From a virus: a stretch of 36,007 bases of DNA. A program made the translations under genes and the position numbers. Location of the stretch: the UHGV virus genome UHGV-0135626; one strand, 5' to 3'. Shown one piece after another: positions 1 to 7,983 of this stretch (positions within the stretch are counted from its first letter, which is position 1; every line of letters starts with the position of its first letter). The notes under the pieces were generated by a model. That model saw only the letters and a program-made list of their open reading frames with translations, did no database searches and had not been told where the DNA came from.

Positions 1-94
1 ACAGTATCCGACCTTAGTTATCAATTGAAAAGCCTACAAATATCGTTCAGCCAATCAAGAAATTTTTTCAGCCGGAGGTGTGTACTTCAAAAAA

Positions 95-136
95 TGTGAT
101 GAATGTCACATGCAGGTGCTCTCATACACCTGCATG
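95..136 (-). terminator. Tandem stem-loops downstream of the minus-strand operon; candidate terminator
   Basis: 10-bp inverted repeat CATGCAGGTG (109-118) / CACCTGCATG (127-136) a few nt after the stop of the 144-710 gene. Second palindrome TGTGA-N6-TCACA (95-110) is followed on the minus strand by a run of six U (89-94). Confidence 0.4.
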
Positions 137-143
137 TAGACTA

Positions 144-710
144 TTAATCATTCAATAATCTATATTTTCTTTTGATTAAATCTTCACCTTTTTTGGTGAA
201 CACAAAACCAAATTGCGATTTTTTGTTCAGCCTAAGGACTCTGTTATCCAACGCATCGGTTGATGGAATCAATGTTTGATCATCTATCCAATTAAGTAGC
301 GTAAGAAAGTTCAGCAGCCTCAACGTTGTTGTGCGAAGCTCTTTCGATATATTTTCAATGCTGGCAATTCGTCTTTCTTTTTTCTCAGGTGGTACAGATA
401 ATTGTTCTTGAGGTTTCGTGGGTAGATAATCAATTTCGTTTGCTGAATCGAATGATATGTGTGGCGTAATTTTGCTAAAAAAGCCTTTCGCTGACTCACT
501 TGATAATAAACCAGACCTATTCATATCGTTTGTTATTCTGTACAGGAGTGGACTGTGTTTCATTTCAGGATAACGTTGATAAAAGTTAAGCAATTCAAAA
601 GCAGCATTAGCACCAACAAGAAAATCAGAAGGATCGCTGACTTTCCAGAAAGAATGATTTTTCTTAGCGCCAGTGGTGTCAACAAATGATAATTCTTTTA
701 ACCAACTCAT
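144..710 (-). CDS. Hypothetical protein, about 188 aa, last gene of the helicase operon
   Basis: ORF track 144-743. Start moved to the internal ATG at 710 (MSWLKEL...), which has a strong SD (AAAGGAG, 6-nt spacer); the ATG at 743 has none. No recognisable motif. Confidence 0.55.
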   Translation of the reverse strand: MSWLKELSFVDTTGAKKNHSFWKVSDPSDFLVGANAAFELLNFYQRYPEMKHSPLLYRITNDMNRSGLLSSESAKGFFSKITPHISFDSANEIDYLPTKPQEQLSVPPEKKERRIASIENISKELRTTTLRLLNFLTLLNWIDDQTLIPSTDALDNRVLRLNKKSQFGFVFTKKGEDLIKRKYRLLND

Positions 711-775
711 GATGTGCTCCTTTCTAACAAGTGAGCACATCATAGAATTAGTAGATAGGGGGTAAATATGAAATG

Positions 776-1054
776 TTACGGCAACCTGCTCAGTATTTCC
801 TCTAGATCTTTTTTTGTCATATTGGAGTTCTCATAGATGCGCATGATTTTCTCACGCGTCTTAGCGGAAACCCCAACGGCAGATGTGACTTTGTCAAATT
901 CAGCCATAGTCATCGTCTCCAGAATGGCATTGATAACTTCAGCCTTAGACATCTTGATTTTTTTCTCTTTGAGTTTTATTTGAAATTTTCCAAGTTTTTC
1001 ATTGGCCTTATCAGACAATGCCACTTGGCAATAAGTTGTTTTCTTTTCGCTCAT
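776..1054 (-). CDS. Small hypothetical protein, 92 aa, possibly DNA-binding
   Basis: Complete ORF starting 2 nt after the helicase stop, same strand. Lys-rich; no clear catalytic motif. Confidence 0.55.
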   Translation of the reverse strand: MSEKKTTYCQVALSDKANEKLGKFQIKLKEKKIKMSKAEVINAILETMTMAEFDKVTSAVGVSAKTREKIMRIYENSNMTKKDLEEILSRLP

Positions 1055-1056
1055 AA

Positions 1057-2616
1057 CTAATCTCGTTTCAGAACTCCAAAATCGAATGCTCCATCAATAG
1101 GCAATACACCTTCTGCAAAGCCAGGTGTGGTGTCGATGATGTGTTTTCGCTCATAAGAGTGAGACAACAGGTATTTGTTGCTAATGTCAATGAAATCAGT
1201 GATAAAACACACGTTTGCCTGATTCTTCTTGGCTCGTAAGCCACGACCGACACGCTGTCTCATTTCAACTTCTGCTTTCCCACCACCAGCAAGAATGACC
1301 GCGCCCACACTTGGCACATCAACACCGACATCCAGAATAGTCGAGCCTATTAAAACATCTATTTCGCCAGACGCTAAACTGTTCAGCTTTGCTTGCCTTG
1401 TCGTCTGGTTAGATTCCCCATAGATGAAATCAACTCTAAGACCTGACTCCTTCATCATCTCCATCAGGATTTGCCCGTGGCGTTTAAGACGAACCAGAGT
1501 CATGCAGTTGAGTGAATGTTGCTTATAAAGCAATGCCTCGCGCACTATGGCCTCGTTACGTCCCAAATTATACACGATCCCCAACTGATAAGCCTTTTGG
1601 TAGGCGGTGCTCATACCAACTCTAAAATTGAGGTGTTTGTTGGCAAGTTCGGCCTTGATTCTGGCCTCGTCTGGCTTGTAGGCAACTTTATGATAAAGGA
1701 AGTACGGCTTTGCCAGAATGCCTCGATCAATCAGGTACTTTTCTGTGACTTTAATTTCAATTCGCCCGGCCACCGCCATCAGGCGCATGTTGGCTTCCGT
1801 CGAATCCTTCATGAACGGCGTGGCTGTAAGCGCCAGACGATAGTCTGCGTTCACACATAATCTGGCGATGTCATAGAAATTTGAGCCTGAAGACTCATGC
1901 GCCTCTTCCAGAATAAGAAGAGAGACACTTGAAAGGAAGCGTTTCACCAACTCCCGACGTTTGAGGTGGTAGCTTTTCTTATCTGGTGTTGCATCGCGTG
2001 GTGGTTCTTCGAGGAAACTTGCAAGAGTTTGAACTGTAGCGACGTTGATATGTCGTGATACCTGGAACTCACCCGAGCCAATGACTCCAACCTTTTGGTC
2101 TTTTAACCACGGTTCGCCATTTTCGGCGCGGTAGTCGATGGATCTCTGGAAGTTTTCGGCCATTTGAAACATCAGAACAGAGCGGGTTGTTAAAAATAAT
2201 GTCATTCGACCGATACGTGCAGCTGCTTTGCAGGCAACGTTAGATTTCCCACCACCAGTAGCGATCTGGGCAATCATCATTCCCTCGCGAACTAGTGTTT
2301 CCACAGCCTGATCCTGATATGCATAATCAGGATTGTATGGGAATGGGTTAACCGCCGGATTTGGCTTTCCAAGCGCCGGGGCTTTGTCTTTGCGGATATG
2401 AACACATTTGATGCCCGACTTGTTCAAGTTCGCCGCTACAGGCTTGGCAAAGCCAGCAGGGAACGAGTTTTTACTCCAGTTGAACATCGTGCTTGTGCCC
2501 TTCCAGTCGCCAGTCTCGACTTCGTAGCTCAACATTTGCTGCACCAGTTGCTTTACCTTGTCATCTGCGCCAGAAATAAGCGCATTTACTGCGTTAGATA
2601 CAATCCGAACAGTCAT
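1057..2616 (-). CDS. Superfamily 2 DEAD/DEAH-box helicase (ResIII/UvsW-like)
   Basis: 519-aa ORF with Walker A IATGGGKSN, motif II LILEEAHE, motif III LTATP, motif VI QRVGRGLR. A small gene directly downstream recalls the T4 uvsW/uvsW.1 arrangement (analogy only). Confidence 0.85.
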   Translation of the reverse strand: MTVRIVSNAVNALISGADDKVKQLVQQMLSYEVETGDWKGTSTMFNWSKNSFPAGFAKPVAANLNKSGIKCVHIRKDKAPALGKPNPAVNPFPYNPDYAYQDQAVETLVREGMMIAQIATGGGKSNVACKAAARIGRMTLFLTTRSVLMFQMAENFQRSIDYRAENGEPWLKDQKVGVIGSGEFQVSRHINVATVQTLASFLEEPPRDATPDKKSYHLKRRELVKRFLSSVSLLILEEAHESSGSNFYDIARLCVNADYRLALTATPFMKDSTEANMRLMAVAGRIEIKVTEKYLIDRGILAKPYFLYHKVAYKPDEARIKAELANKHLNFRVGMSTAYQKAYQLGIVYNLGRNEAIVREALLYKQHSLNCMTLVRLKRHGQILMEMMKESGLRVDFIYGESNQTTRQAKLNSLASGEIDVLIGSTILDVGVDVPSVGAVILAGGGKAEVEMRQRVGRGLRAKKNQANVCFITDFIDISNKYLLSHSYERKHIIDTTPGFAEGVLPIDGAFDFGVLKRD

Positions 2617-2657
2617 AAACCTCTTTCCTTAGTGCCTTTTGTATGTTATTTGGCTAT

Positions 2658-2680
2658 TATAATAAGTAAGTGATTACTTA
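2658..2680 (+). promoter_or_regulatory. Candidate promoter/operator: consensus -10 hexamer abutting a palindrome
   Basis: Perfect TATAAT at 2658-2663, then TAAGTAA-gtga-TTACTTA (7-bp arms, 2663-2680) ending at the first codon of the ParB-like operon. The -35 element is weak. Confidence 0.35.
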
Positions 2681-3379
2681 GTGTATTGTAGCAATAAAAT
2701 GGATGTAAAAATCACGATTTTGCAGGTTGATGTTGCCAACCTTCGCCCGAATACCTGGAACACCAATTCGGTTGGTGCGCAGAATTTTGAAAAACTGAAA
2801 GGTTCTATCGAAAAATTGGGCTTTTTTAAGCCAATTTTGGCTCGTGAACTTGAAGATGGATTTTTTGAAATCCTCGGCGGCGAACATCGCTGGCGTGCCG
2901 CTATTGAGCAAGGAATTTCAACGGTTCCAGTGCTTTCTGTGGGCAAAATTAGCGATGTCGTAGCTAAACAGATGTCACTGGTGGACAACGAGCGATACGG
3001 TGAAGACGACCAAATCGCATTGCAACGCTTCATTGAAGAAATTCAGTCAGAACTTGACTATCAACTGTCTGAAATCGCCCCGTATGACGACGAAATCTCG
3101 ATGGTTTTAGCAAAAGAGGCGGCAATCGACCTTGAAGCACTGGAGGCGTTGTCTCGTGGTAGTGATGAGCCTGTCGATACCGACAAACGAGAGAAAACCG
3201 AACGTGTGGGTGCGGAACATCAGACCATGCGCTTCAAAGTAACTTTCGATGCGTCAGATCGTGTTGCAGAAACCATAAAAAACATCATCAAAGAGCAGGC
3301 TATTAACACCGGTAATGAAATGGAGAACGCTGGTGAGGCTCTGGTGTGGCTGGTCGACTACTACAAGGAGCGTATGTAA
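2681..3379 (+). CDS. ParB/Srx-like nuclease-domain protein, copy 1
   Basis: ORF begins with GTG at 2681 (alternative ATG at 2699); neither has a strong SD. ParB N-terminal box FEILGGEHRWRAAIEQG; acidic C-terminal half. Stop overlaps the next start (TAATG at 3377-3381). Confidence 0.75.
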   Translation: MYCSNKMDVKITILQVDVANLRPNTWNTNSVGAQNFEKLKGSIEKLGFFKPILARELEDGFFEILGGEHRWRAAIEQGISTVPVLSVGKISDVVAKQMSLVDNERYGEDDQIALQRFIEEIQSELDYQLSEIAPYDDEISMVLAKEAAIDLEALEALSRGSDEPVDTDKREKTERVGAEHQTMRFKVTFDASDRVAETIKNIIKEQAINTGNEMENAGEALVWLVDYYKERM

Positions 3380-4047
3380 TGACCAAAAAGTTTGAAATCG
3401 TATATCGCGACCCGGCAGATCTTATTCCCTATGAGATGAATGCCAAAAAGCATGATGAACAGCAGATCAGAGATCTGGCCGCAGCCATTAAAAAGCGCGG
3501 ATTTGACCAGCCAATTACGGTCGATAAGAACGACGTAATTATTACTGGTCATGGCCGCCGTGAGGCTGCAATTTTTGCTGGACTTGAGCGCGTACCGGTT
3601 ATTGTTCGCGATGATCTCAGTGATGACGAGGTTCGTGCGAAGCGCCTTGAAGATAACCGACTTGCCAGCATTGATTACGATGCAATTAAGCTACAGAAAG
3701 AGCTTGAGTCGCTTGTTCTGGACGATATCGAGGTTTTCGGCTTTGAAGAGCGTGAGTTGAATGTTCTCGTTGGCAGTATGACAGAAGAAATGGACACCGA
3801 CTCGCTAGTTATCGATCTTGGCGAAGAAACTAAACGACAGAAGGATGAACACACCGAGATCAGTCGTGAAGTTGCAGCGGAAGAAGTACGTGTTGTCGAC
3901 GTATTGGGCTTTAAAACGCTTCCTGCTGGCTCTGCCATTGTTGTTGGTGATTTGCTTGCCCACATGGAAGAAATGACGGGAGAAAGCGGGGTAGACGCAT
4001 TTGTGGCATATGCGGAGAAGATCTCTTCCGGGGAGATGGCTGCATGA
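3379..4047 (+). CDS. ParB/Srx-like nuclease-domain protein, copy 2
   Basis: Start taken at ATG 3379 (MTKKFEIV), overlapping the upstream stop; the track ORF begins at 3346. ParB box IITGHGRREAAIFAG; acidic C-terminal region. Confidence 0.75.
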   Translation: MTKKFEIVYRDPADLIPYEMNAKKHDEQQIRDLAAAIKKRGFDQPITVDKNDVIITGHGRREAAIFAGLERVPVIVRDDLSDDEVRAKRLEDNRLASIDYDAIKLQKELESLVLDDIEVFGFEERELNVLVGSMTEEMDTDSLVIDLGEETKRQKDEHTEISREVAAEEVRVVDVLGFKTLPAGSAIVVGDLLAHMEEMTGESGVDAFVAYAEKISSGEMAA

Positions 4048-4709
4048 GCAAATACATCATCAACGTATCGTTTCAGACACGCGTAAATAAAACCACGCGC
4101 ACGTTGGAAATCGCTGAGTCGTTCGGGCTTGGTCTGGACGAAAAAGAGTGGACGCTTTACGACAATCTGGAGCTGGAAGTGAAGCAGGGCGATGTGGTGT
4201 ACATCACCGGCCAATCCGGTTCCGGCAAATCCGTTGTGCTGCGCGAGTTGCAACGACAGATGAAGGATGAAGGGTTGTCTGTAGCCTCCATCGATGATTT
4301 TACCTTCGATAATGAGGTTAACGTCATCGATCAGTTGGGCAAAACGACCAGTGATGCGCTTGGGTTGTTATCTATGGCTGGTCTGAACGATGCATATCTG
4401 TTTGTTCGCAAGCCTTCTGAAATGTCAGACGGTCAGAAATATCGTCTCAAGATTGCCAAACTGATTGAGTCAGGCGCTAAAGTGTGGGCTGCTGACGAGT
4501 TCGGTGCTGTTTTAGACCGTGTAACCGCTCAGGTTGTGGCATCTAACCTCCAGCGTGTCGCTCGAAAGGTTGGTGCGACGGTAATGGTGGCGACGACTCA
4601 CGAAGACCTGAAGAACGCGCTGCGCCCGGATATGCAGATCACCAAGCACTACAAAGAACGCGTGAAGGTGGAATATCACAATGGCAGTCATGATGAGGTC
4701 CATTCATGA
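4044..4709 (+). CDS. Stand-alone ABC-type ATPase, nucleotide-binding domain only
   Basis: 221 aa. Walker A GQSGSGKS, signature-like SDGQKYRL, Walker B VWAADEF, H-loop TTHED. SD GGGGAG 8 nt upstream; ATGA overlap with both neighbours. No membrane domain or partner. Confidence 0.8.
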   Translation: MSKYIINVSFQTRVNKTTRTLEIAESFGLGLDEKEWTLYDNLELEVKQGDVVYITGQSGSGKSVVLRELQRQMKDEGLSVASIDDFTFDNEVNVIDQLGKTTSDALGLLSMAGLNDAYLFVRKPSEMSDGQKYRLKIAKLIESGAKVWAADEFGAVLDRVTAQVVASNLQRVARKVGATVMVATTHEDLKNALRPDMQITKHYKERVKVEYHNGSHDEVHS

Positions 4710-5596
4710 CGGACATCATCATTAAACGCTACCGCCCTGAAGAGTTTCCGCGTCATCTGGACTTTCTGGAGCGAATGACTGTCACAAAGGGAACTGTAGA
4801 GGACTGGCACGCTCTTAAGTCGCTTCACTACAAAACAGACGGCAAACCTTTCGCGCCAACTTACTATCGCTGCGAACTTGATGACCGTCTGGTGGGCGTC
4901 GTGGTTATGGCTTACCCGAAACTACTGTTGGCACCTCGCCACCGCATGTTTCCTAAGTTGAAACCAACCACTAATACCACCGTGGCTAACCAGTACTGGG
5001 GTCGGTACGTGAATAACAACTTTGCGGTGATCAGTCGCTCAGTTGTGGATACTCAGTATCGTGGCGTAGGCGTCTCTTATCGAATGATTAACCTGGTTAG
5101 CAGGATGCATGACCGGCCAATCATTGAGATCCAGTCCTCGATGAGCAAATACAATCCCTTCGCCATGAAAGCAGGGTTTAAGTTCATCCGCCCTGAGCGA
5201 CCGAAGAGCTATGAAAGTGCACTGCGTGTATTCCAGCGCCATTTCCGTTCCGACCCGGGTGATAACGAGGCGATCGTCAAAGAGTTGTTCGCAATGAGCG
5301 AGTCTCGTCGTCGCCGTGCACTGCGTGATCTGGTGGCGGACTACCACAAGAACAGTTCCCTGGCAAAAGCTGGGCGGAATCGTGGCACGACGATTCAGGA
5401 CATTGCCGACAGTCTGGTGGACGAGGCCAGCATTGTGAAGCTGCTCAAGGACATTCACAACCTGAGCTTTACGTCTCCGTTGTATGGTGTGTACCGAAAC
5501 CCTGACTTTGGCCGTCGACTGCCTGACACGCTGCCACTGCTGGCATTCGACAAACAACCTTTGGATAAACCGTTAGAAATTGCTTTACCGGCATAA
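4706..5596 (+). CDS. GNAT-like acyltransferase-domain protein with a C-terminal extension of about 120 aa
   Basis: 296 aa. GNAT acyl-CoA motif QYRGVGVSYRMI and downstream NPFAMKAGFKF. SD GAGG 7 nt upstream; ATGA overlap with the ABC ATPase stop. Confidence 0.6.
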   Translation: MTDIIIKRYRPEEFPRHLDFLERMTVTKGTVEDWHALKSLHYKTDGKPFAPTYYRCELDDRLVGVVVMAYPKLLLAPRHRMFPKLKPTTNTTVANQYWGRYVNNNFAVISRSVVDTQYRGVGVSYRMINLVSRMHDRPIIEIQSSMSKYNPFAMKAGFKFIRPERPKSYESALRVFQRHFRSDPGDNEAIVKELFAMSESRRRRALRDLVADYHKNSSLAKAGRNRGTTIQDIADSLVDEASIVKLLKDIHNLSFTSPLYGVYRNPDFGRRLPDTLPLLAFDKQPLDKPLEIALPA

Positions 5597-5605
5597 GGAT
5601 TTGCC

Positions 5606-5872
5606 ATGACGTTAACCGATAAACAAAAGGACATCATCAAAACGCTCAATCTCGGTTATGAGCGAGGTCATCTACTTGACCTGGACGAATTGCTTGAAGT
5701 TTTGCCGTACAAGACAACCAAGCAAAGTATCCAGTTCTCAATTCGCGCTCTGATAAAAAAGGGGCTGGTGGAGAAAGGGCATACGCGCCAACGCAGTGAC
5801 AATCGCTATCACCGCCGAACTCTTGGGTTAACCACTTTAGGTCGAGCCAAAGCGAAGTTACTGGTGATGTAA
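5606..5872 (+). CDS. Small basic protein, putative winged-helix DNA-binding regulator
   Basis: 88 aa, SD AAGGA 5 nt upstream, 9 nt after the GNAT gene stop. Basic C-terminus (RQRSDNRYHRRTLG); the helix-turn-helix assignment is pattern-level only. Confidence 0.5.
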   Translation: MTLTDKQKDIIKTLNLGYERGHLLDLDELLEVLPYKTTKQSIQFSIRALIKKGLVEKGHTRQRSDNRYHRRTLGLTTLGRAKAKLLVM

Positions 5873-5896
5873 TCGGTCTGGGAGCTTATTTAAAGA

Positions 5897-5951
5897 CCTG
5901 CTTCTGTATATATAAATAATAAGAAACTTATTAAATATATACGGAAGCAGG
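5897..5951. repeat. Long imperfect inverted repeat with an AT-rich interior
   Basis: CCTGCTTC (5897-5904) pairs with GAAGCAGG (5944-5951); the interior also pairs imperfectly (tgtatatat...atatatacg). Confidence 0.5.
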
Positions 5952-5990
5952 CTTAATAAGACATGCCCAGACCTAATTAAACACCCCAGA

Positions 5991-6059
5991 AAACAAGTTG
6001 GTTAGCAGATGCAGTAAACAAGTTGTTTTAGAGCGCATGGACGCGCTCTGTGTGTTTTA
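5991..6059 (+). promoter_or_regulatory. Repeat cluster upstream of terS; candidate regulatory or packaging-recognition region
   Basis: AAACAAGTTG twice (5991-6000, 6016-6025), the second forming the near-palindrome AAACAAgTTGTTT (6016-6028). GTTTTAGAG twice (6023-6031, 6051-6059) flanking hairpin AGAGCGC-atggac-GCGCTCT. No clean sigma70 -35/-10 found. Confidence 0.35.
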
Positions 6060-6068
6060 GAGGGATCT

Positions 6069-6701
6069 ATGACGGTCGAAAAAGACGAGGTAAAAACTCG
6101 CCTGACACCAGCGGAGTGGGCCGAAGCTGAAGCCAAATGGACGTCAGGCGAATATACACTCTCAAAGCTGGAGGAAGAGTACGGCATTCGTCGTGAAACA
6201 CTCTCCAGACATTTCAAAAAGCGAGGATTAGAGAAAGGCGCGGACTCTGTTGGGAAGATGGTTCGTGAGTCTCTTAAATCTGACGCAGAGCTTCGCGCTA
6301 AAGCCCGTGCGGAAAAGATAGAAGAACGTCGTACACGTTATGACGGCTGGGCGTATGCGTTGGGGCAGATGGTGATGGTCGAAGTCACTACGGCCAAACG
6401 TGAGGGTAAGCCTTTAGGGGCGATTGAGGATTCTCTCAAGAGCTTACAGAGAGCAAGTAATACCCTTGCAAAATGCTTTGAAGTTTCGTCCAAAGCATTG
6501 GGCATGGATCATGCGGAAAATGACGAGGAAGAAATTCCGAACCTGGTATTTGGTGAGCTTACGCCTTCCCAGGTGGCGAAATTACGTCAGGAAGACGACG
6601 AGCCTGAAATCATCGATGACGAATTGCTTGAGACGTTGGAAGAAGAAGCTCTAAGCGAATTTGATGCGACAGATGATGGAAGTGAAGGGGAGGACGAATA
6701 A
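6069..6701 (+). CDS. terS: Terminase small subunit
   Basis: 210 aa immediately upstream of terL with TAATG overlap. N-terminal HTH-like segment (YTLSKLEEEYGIRRETLSRHFKKRG) and a very acidic C-terminus. SD AGAGGGA. Confidence 0.65.
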   Translation: MTVEKDEVKTRLTPAEWAEAEAKWTSGEYTLSKLEEEYGIRRETLSRHFKKRGLEKGADSVGKMVRESLKSDAELRAKARAEKIEERRTRYDGWAYALGQMVMVEVTTAKREGKPLGAIEDSLKSLQRASNTLAKCFEVSSKALGMDHAENDEEEIPNLVFGELTPSQVAKLRQEDDEPEIIDDELLETLEEEALSEFDATDDGSEGEDE

Positions 6702-7957
6702 TGGCAATCCCGTCCTCGCTCAGTCTTGTGCAACTGCATTCTGGACAGATGAAAGTCTTCCAGTCTCCGCATCGATTTAAAGTTGTTTGTGCTGGTCGAC
6801 GCTGGGGAAAATCCCGGTTGTCGATCTCCACTATTATTCGTGCGGCGGCAAAGGAAAAAAAGCAAAGGGTCTGGTATGTCGCTCCTACTTACCAGATGGC
6901 TCGCCAGATTTTGTGGGACGATCTACAGGAAGTTCTGCCTCGTAAGTGGGTTAGGAAAAAGAACGACACCACGATGACAATCGTGTTGAAGAACGGTTCG
7001 GAGATCGCCCTCAAAGGTGCTGATAAGCCTGACACTCTGCGCGGCGTAGCGTTGCATTTTGTAGTGCTTGATGAATTTCAGGATATGAAGGCTGACACCT
7101 GGTACAAGGTGTTACGACCTACTCTTTCATCGACACGCGGCGGTGCACTGATCATTGGTACGCCAAAAGGCTTCTCGGAATTTCACAAACTGTGGACTAT
7201 AGGCCAGAACGTAGAGCTGCAAAGAAAGGGACAGTGGAAGAGCTGGCAGTTTGTAACTGCCGATTCTCCGTTTGTACCTACGGCGGAAATTGAAGCTGCT
7301 AAGAACGATATGGACCCGAAATCGTTCGCTCAGGAGTACCTGGCGAGCTTTGAGAACATGTCCGGGCGCGTTTACTACCCGTTCGATCGTAACGTGCATG
7401 TAAAACCGCTTCAGTTCAACCCTCGGTTGCCTATATGGGTAGGGCAGGACTTCAACATTGACCCGATGTCTTCAGTAATTTTGCAACCTCAGCCAAATGG
7501 TGAGCTATGGGCAATTGATGAATTGGTGCTCTTTTCCTCTAACACGGCAGAGGTTTGTGATGAGCTTGAGAGACGCTTCTGGCGCTGGAAATCACAGATA
7601 ACGGTATTTCCAGATCCGGCAGGTGCTTATCGCCAACATGCTCGCGGGGAGTCTGACGTCGACATATTCAAAGAGAAGGGATTCTTACGTGTCGATTATT
7701 CGAAAAAGCACCCGCCAATTGCGGATCGTGTTAATGCTGTTAACCGAATGCTGATGACCGCATCTGGAGATATCCGGCTGTATATCGATCCGAAGTGCAA
7801 GCATTTGATTGATTCACTGGAAAAAGTCATCTACAAGCCTGGAACACGAGATATGGATAAGACAGGTGGCATTGAGCATAGTGCAGACGCATTGGGCTAT
7901 CCAGTACATCGTAGGTATCCAGTCAAAAACCGTGTTATTCTTGGTGGTTCTCGATAG
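6701..7957 (+). CDS. terL: Terminase large subunit (ATPase and nuclease)
   Basis: 418 aa. Walker A-like VVCAGRRWGKS, Walker B HFVVLDEFQDM, acidic residues in the C-terminal half; sits directly upstream of the portal gene. Confidence 0.8.
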   Translation: MAIPSSLSLVQLHSGQMKVFQSPHRFKVVCAGRRWGKSRLSISTIIRAAAKEKKQRVWYVAPTYQMARQILWDDLQEVLPRKWVRKKNDTTMTIVLKNGSEIALKGADKPDTLRGVALHFVVLDEFQDMKADTWYKVLRPTLSSTRGGALIIGTPKGFSEFHKLWTIGQNVELQRKGQWKSWQFVTADSPFVPTAEIEAAKNDMDPKSFAQEYLASFENMSGRVYYPFDRNVHVKPLQFNPRLPIWVGQDFNIDPMSSVILQPQPNGELWAIDELVLFSSNTAEVCDELERRFWRWKSQITVFPDPAGAYRQHARGESDVDIFKEKGFLRVDYSKKHPPIADRVNAVNRMLMTASGDIRLYIDPKCKHLIDSLEKVIYKPGTRDMDKTGGIEHSADALGYPVHRRYPVKNRVILGGSR

Positions 7958-7983
7958 GTAAGTAATTATCTAAGGTTATTCAA

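Noticed and set aside
95-110. Perfect CRP-like palindrome TGTGA-N6-TCACA
   Set aside because: It lies just downstream of a minus-strand operon next to a larger stem-loop and is followed by a U-run on that strand, so a terminator hairpin is the simpler reading. A single consensus match is not enough to claim catabolite regulation.
3675-4253. Minus-strand 192-aa ORF overlapping the second ParB-like gene and the ABC ATPase gene
   Set aside because: Antisense to two coupled genes with clear motifs; no SD; low-complexity Ser-rich product.
5039-5557. Minus-strand 172-aa ORF inside the GNAT-like gene
   Set aside because: Antisense to a motif-bearing, translationally coupled plus-strand gene; no start signal.
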